This document shows positions 27,001-38,356 of a DNA stretch of 64,000 nucleotides, piece by piece. A model generated the notes under the pieces. That model was not told where the DNA came from and ran no database searches. It saw only the letters and a program-made list of their open reading frames with translations. The stretch's first letter is position 1. Each line of letters opens with the position of its first letter. Origin of the DNA: Paramecium tetraurelia (lineage: Eukaryota); contig CT868020.1 in NCBI GenBank assembly GCA_000165425.1, positions 124,001 through 188,000 of the forward strand. Direction: 5' to 3'. Made by a program: the position numbers and the translations under genes.

Positions 27001-27161
27001 CATTCCCATTAAAAATTGTCACAAATATTAAAAGGAAATAAGCTGCTCTAATTACATTTTGTATAAGTTTATATAATAGGATAATCCCAAAATTCTATCA
27101 CACTACCTCCTAATGTAGTTTGTAATAGAAAGAGTATCAATAAAAGTGAAAAGTAATCCAT
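24087..27161 (-). CDS. Cys-rich multi-pass surface protein with Myxococcus-type Cys repeats (DUF4215-like) (~1,024 aa)
   Basis: Signal peptide MDYFSLLLILFLLQTTLG. Repeated CGD(G/S)..EECD(D)GN..DGC units and furin-like CxxC repeats. C-terminal hydrophobic cluster with NVHYPFNVEIFF. 3,075 nt, in frame. Confidence 0.85.
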
Positions 27162-28557
27162 CTAAATATCTCACCTTCTATTTAAATGAAATAAATACTA
27201 AGATATTTTAGAATTAGATTTAATTATTAATAATGTATTAAAGTTTATTAAACATAAAATTAATAAAAGAAGCCTTAGATCATAAAATTGTAAAAACATT
27301 ATTCATTTCAACTTTTTTTCGATTTTCTGCTTTCTATTCTACTTTCAGTTCTCTTTTTCAATTTATTTTTACTCAAATTATTAAATATAATATTCAAATC
27401 AAATTCGATTTCTCTTCTAAGAATTTCCATTAGAGCATGGTTGTAATTTCATAAATTAAACTTTATATACCAGAAACTTTAGTACATGAATAGTTTTTAC
27501 AATTTATGGTAAAAATAATTGTCTTTGCCAATTTTCTTCATTTATTACCTCATCTCATAAACATATATTAATATTATATATCTTTGTTAATAATAAATTT
27601 AAATCTTCCAAAATATTCTGTAATTCTTAAAGAATTAAAAATTTGTTTAATATTATCAATCAATTCTCTCCGAACAAGCTCTCTTTTATTGGAGGGATAT
27701 CTATGATGATTTAGGAAAGGAAATTACCTAATATTGAGGAATCACTTTTTCCTATTAAATTTTGATTATTTTAGATTTAAGAGGACAGTTATAAAGTAGG
27801 CATTAGTTGAATTAATAGAATTAGTATTCTTAATTATTACGTTTAGTAATATTAATTATCTTGGGTACTAATTTGTATGTTGGTACTTTATATTACTATT
27901 ATTTATAAATATATTTTGATTTTAATATGGAATCAAATTTAATTAATTTATTTTTAAATTATTACATTTCCAAATGAAATAAATCTGGTAATAAATATCT
28001 TAAATAATTTAATTTATTCATGAATTTCTTAGATTCGATGTCCATAAATACTTTCTTAGTTTTCTTTGTAAAATTACATTTTTATGATGATTTCTCAGTT
28101 TAATTCAGATAATCAATCATTATTTAAGATAATAGGTTTGATTCAAGCCTTTCTGATACATTTTTTTCAGAAATTTCTTTTGTCATTTAATTTTAATCTA
28201 AATTCAATCATAATCATACCCTTTACAATTGTCACTTTCTAATAAATAAAAAATTGCATCTTCCATTTATATTTTATGTCATTCTATTCATAATATCAAT
28301 TAATCTTAATTATATAACTTTTTCTCCGATCTATTATTATTATTTTATCATACATACGAATGATTCCCTCTTTGGTTTAATTTGACATTCTTTAATTCAA
28401 ATTTTTAATGTCATTAATTTATAGACTTTTTCGAATACAACAGATTTAATTATTTGATAAAACCCTTAATTTAAGCATTCATATAATTATTGTGAATTTT
28501 TTTCCCAAATAAATTGAATTATATAATAATAAATATAATACCCAATATAGCATCTAA

Positions 28558-30342
28558 ATGAGTTCAATTCTATTTACTCCAGAATAATAAGGGAAAATTT
28601 AATAGGTCTCAGAATTCTCTAATCAAACTAAAGAAAAGGTTATTTAAGTTTTAATAGGAAATAACTGGTAAGTAGAAAAAGCTATTGATTTTTTAACCAA
28701 TGCAGGAGGGTACATTTCGGATCCAAATCCTAATTAAAACGTAAAGCCTATTGTTAATTACAGTTAAAATCCTGGGTAGAATAATATCAATCCTTTATAA
28801 TCTAAAAAAAGTAGCAATCCATATTAAGGAGATAAATAAAACTCTAAACTAAAGATAGAAAAGAGTGATATCTAAAAAATAGAGGAACAGTTAAGTTTGA
28901 TTTAGGATCAAGTAAAGGATACCTCTGAAATAATCCAAGTAAAAAATCAAATGCTCTAAAAATCCTTGAACAAGAATGTAGATCATGCTCTTAGAAGAAT
29001 TTATCAATACCCAGTTGGCTTAGCTAATGTAGGAGAGAAGGGGTATTTTAATTGCATAATTTAAATTCTGGTTTAGAATCCTGCTTTCTTAGAGAAAGTA
29101 TTGGCTTGGTAAACAGGATTAAAACCCAATAATCATGAAGATAAAAATGTAAATTTAGAATTAAACATAGATCTCCTTTATGTAAGAATTCTAAACAATA
29201 GTGAGAATGCTGACTTTTACTAACTAAAGGTTCTTGAATCCTTCGAAGTTTATTTAATAAACAACTGAAGTAATTGATATCATTACACAAACAAAAATTT
29301 CTAATAGAAATCTAAAGCCTCATGAATTTTTCGAAATATTCATCATAACTTTAGATGTAATTTTATGCAATAAAGTCTATGAGATAAAGCAGTAAAAGAA
29401 ACTATTAGATCTAATATTATAACCTCAATTTCAAATCATTTAATAACAATAGTAATAACTGTAGGTTAATGAAATTATTCTCAACTTTGTAAGAGAAGAT
29501 AGATATCTATACATATCCCTTTTGAAATTAGTTTGTTAAGATTAATTCAATAGGTTTTCGAAGCTTCCTAAAACATTCAGTTTCAGTTTGCAATCAAATC
29601 AGAATACTAATCTTTAGGCATCAATAAATCAATCAAATGTGGATTATTGGTTACCTTTGACAATAAATTTGGAATTTCTGACTAATGAAAAGTTGTGCAA
29701 GTAACTGGGTAGTAGATTATTAAGTGTAGTGAATGCTTAAACAATTGAAGAAATCAACTAAAGTATAAATGCAATAAATATGTTTAAGAATAGATATTAT
29801 TGAACTCTTTGATCATAGTTGAATAGAGTTATGAATAGAATAAAATAATTCCAATAAATGTGATAGATTAATTGAGAATAGAAAGAAAGAAAGTGTAAAG
29901 TGAACTGTAGAAATATTTCTTGTAGAATGATAGTTAAATATAGACTGAATAAAATTAAGATTATTAGTATTACTTACATGCAGTAGTTATTTAAATAGGT
30001 AAAGACGATAAGTCACATTATTATGCTTATATTTACAATTTTATGCTGAATCAATGGTATAGATATAACGATACTGATGTAAGAGTGGAGTCAGATGAAG
30101 TAGTGAGGAAGGATGCATAACAAAATGGGTGTTTCTTTGTTTATGTGAGTCAGGATCAAAAGAGGAGTATCACAGATCATCAAGATAGACAGTCGAAGAT
30201 ATCAAATAATTTAGATTAGGAGTAAGGCATCATAAATTGGAATGATTTGGAGTTGAACAAATTAATTAAGCCTCAGATTCCAAAAGAGATTAAAAAACTA
30301 ATCTACAGTTAAAATGAAGGCTTTCGAATCTTAGATCAATGA
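28558..30342 (+). CDS. USP-family deubiquitinase-like protein with N-terminal UBA-like region; catalytic Cys replaced
   Basis: Cys box PVGLANVGEKGYFNCIIQ. His box LHAVVIQIGKDDKSHYYAYIY..WYRYND. Intronless, 1,785 nt. Confidence 0.85.
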
Positions 30343-30381
30343 ATTATATAAATAATTGTTTATTTAATAGCAATATTTATT

Positions 30382-31663
30382 TCAGAATATTGAACAATCT
30401 TTGTCTTTCTTTTATTGCTATACTGGTTGTTACACTTCTTATTTCTTTGGTTTTTATTGTTCAACAGGTTTAGTATTTTAATCTGGTTATTGATCTAATT
30501 CTTCTAAATTATGATCCAAATCGTCAACCATATTCCAGTTACTAAAATTGGATTCTCCAAACCTATCTTTGTCGTATTCTTTGATTAAAAATCTAAGGAT
30601 TATGTTAGTAAATTTACTTCTCTTCATTCTAAAGTAATTCAATGGTTAATGGTATTTTACTGCTATAAAATGGACTGCGAGTACTCATTGGGATTAAAAT
30701 CCAGTCGTAGACATAATCATATTCATAACCTTCCTTGACAAATCTCTCTTTGAAGATCTTTTTCAAAAAAGAATAGTCTGGTTTTTCATCATATTTAAGA
30801 TTTCTGACATAGTTCATGAATTATTGAAATTCATTAGGAACACCTAATTATTGTTAAATGAACAACAAAATACCCTTGCATAATTGATCAATTGGAGTGG
30901 ATATTTTCTTTTCCATAATTTTCTAGTACTTCTCTTCCTTCCTGTTGGCTCGAATTCCTTACCAAGGCAATGTTCCTTTTAAAAAGTAGATGAGCATGTA
31001 GCCTAGAGCCTCTAAGTCATCTCTTCTTGATTGTTCAGTTCCCTTGTGAGTATTGATACTGGCATAACGGGCTGTTCCAATAAGAGGCTTTCCTTCTTTC
31101 TGAGGAATGTGGTCATGAGTTCGAGCATCTCTGTATCGTTTGGAAAGTCCGAAATCTATTGTGTAAACTATATGAGATTTCTTAGCACATCCCATAAGAA
31201 AATTCTCAGGTTTAATGTCTCGATGAACATAATTTTTAAAATGTATGTATTCTAGATTGGATATCAGTTAATCTGCAAGCATGAGCACTGTTTTGAGTGT
31301 GAATGCCCTTTTGCATAAGACGAGTAATTCTTCCAGATTTTGTCCCAAAAGATCCATAACGAGGAAATTGAAATCATTTTCCTAACCGCACCTAAAAAAG
31401 TATGAAACAAACAAATTAACCATAGCATAGATGGGATACCCACTCCTCCTTGCAAATTTTACAGAATCTTGCCTTCATATAATAACTAGGGATGTTTGGA
31501 TTTGACTTCCTCGATTTTAATTGCTACATCTTGGTTGGATTGGACATTCTTCGCAAGGTAGATTTAACCAAAGCTGCCAACTCCTATCTTTGGGCCCAGT
31601 TTATACCTATGCTCATATAGCTGCTGTTTACCTTCCACAAACTCTCAATTCAATTATACTCAT
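30382..31663 (-). CDS. CK1: Casein kinase I with C-terminal CaaX
   Basis: [60 protein letters not shown]. Ends KKDKDCSIF*. Confidence 0.95.
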
Positions 31664-31674
31664 TAATTAATATA

Positions 31675-33181
31675 ATGAAGCAAACTCCTAAGATGAGTTA
31701 GGCTATCAGTCCCAATAATAAACTCATCAACACTTTGTTGTTAAAGTCCAAAAGTCCTTCTTAGTACACGATCTAAAGTCCTGCTGTGTCTCCAACCCAA
31801 GTGAGTTTGCCTAAAGCCCTCTATCCTCACAAAAACTCTTCAATCGATCTAATGAAATTGGCAACATTGATGAAACAACAGAAAGTCAAATAATCATCTT
31901 CGGAGGGATCCAAAGACTCGATGACTCAACTGATAGCCAAAGCTCGTGCCATTGCCATCTCAGCCAAAACTCCATCAGGACCCATTCATATCCGCAATGA
32001 CTCTGCACAAGTGCGCAAAGGAAACAAGGATGCCGAAGTGGTGAGTCCAAAAGCCACCGATTTAAAATAAATAAATAAGGCAGCCTTCACTTTTGAATAT
32101 GTAATCGGTATTGGAGGGTTTGGGAAGGTGTGGAAGGTCAAAAGAACAGGTCAACAGTTCGCAATGAAAGAGATGTCCAAAGCACTTGTTATCACTAAGA
32201 AAAGCGTGAATTCTGTTATGAATGAGCGAATGCTACTTAGTTAACTTAAACATACATTCCTCATAAACATGTATTACGCCTTCTAAGATCGTGAGAACCT
32301 CTACCTAGTCATGGATTACATGTGTGGCGGTGATCTGCGCTTTCACATTGGCAGAATGCGTCGCTTCAATGAAGAACAGACTAGTAAGTATCATATAACA
32401 TTTCAGAGTTCTTTGTGGCATCTATCTTCATTGGTCTCGAGTATCTACATACAAATAACATCATTCATAGAGACATCAAACCAGAAAACTTAGTCCTCGA
32501 TGAAAAGGGATTTGTCCATATCACTGATCTAGGAATCGCTCGTGTCATGAAATAAGAAAATTCAAGCGACACCTCTGGAACTCCTGGCTATATGGGTATT
32601 TATTGATTTATATAAATTCATTAACAAGCACCTGAAGTCATGTGTCGACAAAATCATACATTTGCTGTCGACTATTATGCACTTGGAGTCATTGCCTATG
32701 AATTTATGTTAGGAAGGGTAATATATCATTATGTCAATATTCTTAGCGTCCCTATGTTGGCAGGTCTCGTCAAGAGATCCGTGATTAAATTCTTGCTCGA
32801 CAAGTCCAAATCAAGGCTAGTGAAGTACCCCCAAACTGGAGCGCAGAAGCTGTCGATTTTGTTAACCGACTGCTCCAACGCAAACCAGCAAGTCGTCTCG
32901 GTTTCAATGGTGGCCACGAGATCAAACTGCATCCGTGGTTCAAAAACTTTCCTTGGTCAAAGCTCTAAAACAGGGAATTGAAGGCTCCCTTTATTCCCAA
33001 TCCCAGTGATGACAATTTTGATTAAAGACAAATTGTCATCGAAGATGAGGAAAACGCCGATCTCATTGCTCAAAACATTTAGTTGTTACGAGATCCCAAT
33101 GCTCAATAATAATTTGCTGGGTATGAGTATCAATCAAACAACGAGAAGATCTTTGTCTTTGATTAATCAAAATAATCATGA
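31675..33181 (+). CDS. AGC-group Ser/Thr kinase
   Basis: [54 protein letters not shown]. Three introns. The start may be Met at 31693. Confidence 0.92.
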
Positions 33182-33664
33182 ATCCTTTGACTTAAATTAT
33201 TTTAAATTCCTCATTTAATAATTATATCTATTTATCATTGGGTTATTCCTGCTAACTCTGTTGTATTGAATGAAGTCTTCACTAATTAATCGATCCATAT
33301 GTATAATAGAATATATCTAAATTAATAGTGCTATGAGCAATATAAAAATTGAAGTTTATATCTCTCTATTATTTATTGATAAATCTTTAAAGAATTTAGA
33401 CATAATATCTGTTAATTCTTCATCATTTGATTGTATTACCCACATTATAGGAGAATTCTGTTGGTATGAATTGAACTTAGTTTTTATCATTTTTTGTATT
33501 TTTATAATTATTTCTTACTGATTTTCAAGGTGATGAATAATTCTACCCGTAGAATTTGAATAATTTAATAAATTTCAATATTAATGTGAAAGAATTAATT
33601 TGATGTTTAAATTCTATAATATATTGTCTCTACAGCCATTTATTTATAAATAATATTTATTAAA

Positions 33665-33910
33665 ATGGGATGCACAATTACTTCTCAAAAAGTCAACCTA
33701 CAAAAAACTATCATGTTGGAATCAACTTTTAAAAATGAATAAAGGGAAAAGGAATAACGCATGAAGGCACACTTGGTCCTAGATCAATATAAATAAACAA
33801 AAACTATTAGAAAATAAATTAAGCTCAAATCTAATGTGAAGGATGCCTTGCAAGAATAATTGTATCGGAATAAAGCTGCTTAACCCTAAAAATCCTCTAT
33901 TGTTCATTGA
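33665..33910 (+). CDS. Small MGC-start protein (81 aa)
   Basis: MGCTITSQK..KSSIVH*, in frame, with an N-terminal myristoyl/palmitoyl-type signal. Confidence 0.65.
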
Positions 33911-34886
33911 TTTATAGATAAGATTATTAGAAAGCATCTTTCAAAGTAACCTTTACTGTTCTGAATCCATATTTAATCACTATGTCTAACTTATTTTACT
34001 CTCCGCTCGCATTCCCCTTCAAGATTATAAATCGTTTTTTTTAGAAATTATAACGTTTTAATTGTTAAAGCTCTTTAATTATCCATAATTTAAACTCAAT
34101 CAATATTTTATATAAACTCTATTTAGTATAAATATTATAAATGGGTAATACTTATGTTGTTTATAAAATATTCTTCTTTTATTCCTATAAAATAATAATT
34201 TAATAATATTGAATTTAATAGAAAGTTTATGATAATTTTGTATTTTGACTGATAATAGTAATACTATTAATTGTTTAAAAAATCCCTAGAATAATTAAAA
34301 AATACAATCCTTGAGTGGATATAAATAGTAACTTAGAAATAATATTATAAATAGAATATGAACTTATTGAGCCAATATATTGAAAGAGATTAATTTTAAA
34401 TTGTATCTTCTCAATTTTACAGAGATTTTATAATTTTAAGGATTTTTCAAGTATCTCTTATTTTCAAGCCACTTTTCTATGTCAAGTTAAAAAATTGCAA
34501 AGATTTTGTGTTGAATAGTTTAATAATTTAATTGATGCAAATTCTTGAGACAATAAGAAAAAACTTTGCGTTTATATTTAATAAATTTATCCTTCTATGG
34601 AATTATGATAGGTGTATATAGATTTATTATTATCAATTTGGCTACTTTAGAAATTGATGGTAAAGAAAGACAATTAGAATTAATGAGGCTAATAAATAAA
34701 TTTGTACCCTTAATACATACTAATGTTGCTATTTTATTTTCTAATGACGGTGTTTAAATATTGAAAAATTAATTATTAAAGAATATTTCAATTTCATATC
34801 TTGAGCAGTATAGTGTATTGTTGTGATATATTCATGATTAACTGCTTTGATTGATCTTTGTGTTTTTGTAACATAAATTAATATTC

Positions 34887-35219
34887 ATGGATTTTGAAGA
34901 AGTGGAGAATGCCTTTTTATAAGTAGGTGATAATCGACATATCTAATGTCGTAATATAAATAACTATAATAAGAGAAATAATTAAAGTGAAAACTATGAG
35001 AGAACTTGTAAGACATAAAAAAGGCAAGAATAAACACATAAAGATAAGAAATGGACTAGTGATTCAGAAAGAGAGAAATAATTTAAGAAAGTGCAACAAT
35101 TTGGAAGGAAGCTAAAGTTAATGGAGAAAAAAGTCGAGAAGTAAGTGGATCTCAAAAAGGATGATAAAAAGATTTAGTCTAAGCATAAGTCGAAACTTAG
35201 ACATTAACTAGTAGAATGA
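34887..35219 (+). CDS. Basic hypothetical ORF, possibly the 3' remnant of a decayed longer gene
   Basis: Open 110-aa frame MDFEEVENAF..LRHQLVE*. The upstream sequence has interrupted coding-like frames. Confidence 0.4.
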
Positions 35220-35395
35220 GAATTATGATATAACAATATAGATATACAAAACCATTGTTAATATCTTTCTAGTTATATAAAATAAAGGAATCAATTGATT
35301 TCTTCAATTATTATTATTACCCAACTTAAATTGATTCTAACATAATGTAAACATAATTTAATTAAAATACTAATTATTTTAAAATTAAACACAAA

Positions 35396-38144
35396 ATGTA
35401 GCCACAACAATTTTTAGACTTAGTGCAATGTGCCTTTTTTGATAGTAACAACCAGCGTGGATAGGCTGAACAAGTACTCCTGAAGTATAAGGACGAATTC
35501 ACAGACGAATTTCTTATGTATTGTGTATCTGCATTTGCAAATCGCGCAATTCAGAATCGTCTCCGAATTGCATGCAGTACCTTAATAAAACGATTGGTTG
35601 GATTGATTGTATGTTTTTTAGTTAATATATTTAAGCATCCTTCGAATTAGATCATGTGGTTGGCTTGTTCTCAAAACACTAAAAATGAAGTAAAAATTAA
35701 GTTCATGGAATAATTAATAGATCCTGAACATGAGATTAGAAGATCAGCTGCTAATGTAATAAATCAATTCTATACACTAGACTATCAGTGAGATTTGTGC
35801 TATAGAGTTACCACGCTAGGAATGGCCAGATCTTATCTAAAGATTGACTACCAACTCAAAGCACAGTAATGTCTTAGTGAAAGTGTCAGCCATCATGACT
35901 TTGGGATATATATGTGAATCACTGGTATATAGATATATAATAGATAGAAAAACAATCAATCCTCAGGTATTTCAGAGGCAGATGCTACGTTGATTCTGAT
36001 GGGAATTTGCGTTGGGATGGATACGAATGAGTAGAACCTGGAGATTAGAATCACTGCAATCAAAGCCCTATAAGATTCACTTTACTTTATGAATAATCTA
36101 TTCACTAAATAAGTAAGATTGCAATATTCTATTGTAGGAAATATTTACTTTTGTAAAAAACTTAATTTTATAAAATGCCGTGTCTAACATATAAGAGATT
36201 AAACTTAAGTCTCTACAATGTCTAATTGATTATGTTAAATAGTTGTTTGCCTTCTTGCCTGTATTCATTTCAGATCTCTATTAAACTACTCAAGCAGCAT
36301 TTGAGAATTAAGGAGAAATCACTATTGCAGCCATAGAAATTTGGAATACAATTTGTGCTGAAATTAAAGAAATCATCTCCGAGAATTCTAATCAATAAAC
36401 TCCAGAAACCAATTCTGTTGATTGCTGTGTTTCATTTTTTAAGAAAAACTATGAAGGATTCATCATTCCATTTATGCGCAATCTGTTATTGGATGATGGA
36501 GATGCAGAAGACGAATATCAATAATTGTCGGTTTCAAATTCTTCAGTTAAAGGACTAGCTTACATAATTGAATTTGCTGGCAGTAGTACTTATGATTCTG
36601 TTAAAAACTTTATATAAAATACTATGACAAACTAACAATGGGAATATAGGAAGGCAAGTGTTATGGCTTTTGGAGCTTTGGCTGAAGTATAAACTGAAGA
36701 AATTGGGCTTTTGATTAAATCTGCTTTAACTAGTCTATTTGGTTGTCTTGTTGATTAAAATATCAAAGTAAAAAAAGCCACTACTCAAACTCTAAGTAGA
36801 ATAGCTGAAAATTATCCTCAGTGCTTTCACGAACATGATTAAGCCAACTAAATGCTCCTCACTCTCCTGGATTAATTATCTAATAAAATACCAATAGTAC
36901 AAAATTTGGTTTGGGTGTTTGTCTACTTAACTGAAGGATTAGCCAATTTTCAAAATAGTGTATTCACAAAAGAGAAATTCGCCATTCTCTAACATCTAGC
37001 CAGTACATCAATTAGATCAGACATCAAAAATTCAGAGATCGCACTCATTGATACTGCATTTATGGCAATTTTAAATATCATTTACAGTGTGACTGAAACT
37101 AAGTTATGTAATGATTACTTGGTGCAATTTTATCAATAAATTCAGTTTCTAGAGAGTAAAAATTAGTATCCTGTTGAGATCAAATATCATCTTGAAATGG
37201 GATTAATGAGTGCCATGCATGGATGTGTTGTTAGATTAGATGATTCCACAACTTCGGAGAAGTAATTTGAAGACATCATGAAAACTCTATCAAAAGTCGA
37301 TCCTAGAGTTAAGAATGACTACTTTTACGTACTTTCTGGGATTGCTTATGCCTTCAAAAAGAAGTTAACCAAATATTCTACTTAAATCATCTCTGAATTG
37401 AATAAACCACTTTCAGAACCAGATGACATGGACAGTTTCAAAACTGCACTCTTCTGTTTATCAGACATTGCCAGAGCCATGGAAGAGGAGTTTGTACCCT
37501 ATATGAATATTTTAAATTATTTCTTTGGATTAATAAAGGTATTTAAGATTGTTATTTTAATTAGAATGGCAATTTCAATAGGGAATTGAAGATCTAAGTT
37601 TATAATGCAATTGCAGATATCATATTAGGTTTGAAAGAGAAGTCAGCTCCGTTTGTGAATGATCTCAAAGATATTCTTAAATTAGGTTTCGCAGCTAGCA
37701 TAGATTTAACAAAGAGCAAACTAAGTGTTGATCAGGATTATGCCGAAAGGTTGAAAGAAACAATGACAGCATTCTATACTTGTATGTTACACGCATATTG
37801 TGATCCGAAAACTCCTATTTATGAGTTGGGAGACACAGTTTAATGGTTTATCATATTTTGTTAAGAAATGTGCAACTTAAAATTAAAACCTACTATTGTA
37901 AATATATTAAATATCAATTTAGGAATACGTAAGGTTAACTCTTTGTTGCATCTTTGATTGCTCTCATTTCTTTTAAAATATAACTGACATGAAATAAAAA
38001 ATCAAAGAGTTTATTACAAGTGATTTCGTTATTGAGTTAATACGAAAACTGAGTTAGTTTAATGACAAAGATTATCAAGACTGTGTAAGTTTTGCTCAGC
38101 AATTACTCAATGATGTATATGGTTACTAATTGAAATTATATTGA
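35396..38144 (+). CDS. Importin-beta-1-like karyopherin
   Basis: QAEQVL, ICAIELPRQEWPDLI, MTLGYICE, AAIEIWNTICAE, WEYRKASVMAFGAL, LSDIARA. About 6 tiny introns. Confidence 0.9.
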
Positions 38145-38356
38145 ATGTTATTTAAATATACTAGTTTTCAATTGTAACATCAATCAAAATATTATAATGT
38201 TGAATTGAATTTATGGGGATGCTCAAAATTCACATTTCATAAATTATTATTTATTTTATTTTAGATTTTAATAGAATATTTCTTTTAATATGTTATGAAT
38301 ATTTTAAAATAACAACTCAATAAATTAGAATTACTATATTATATATTTATAAATAA

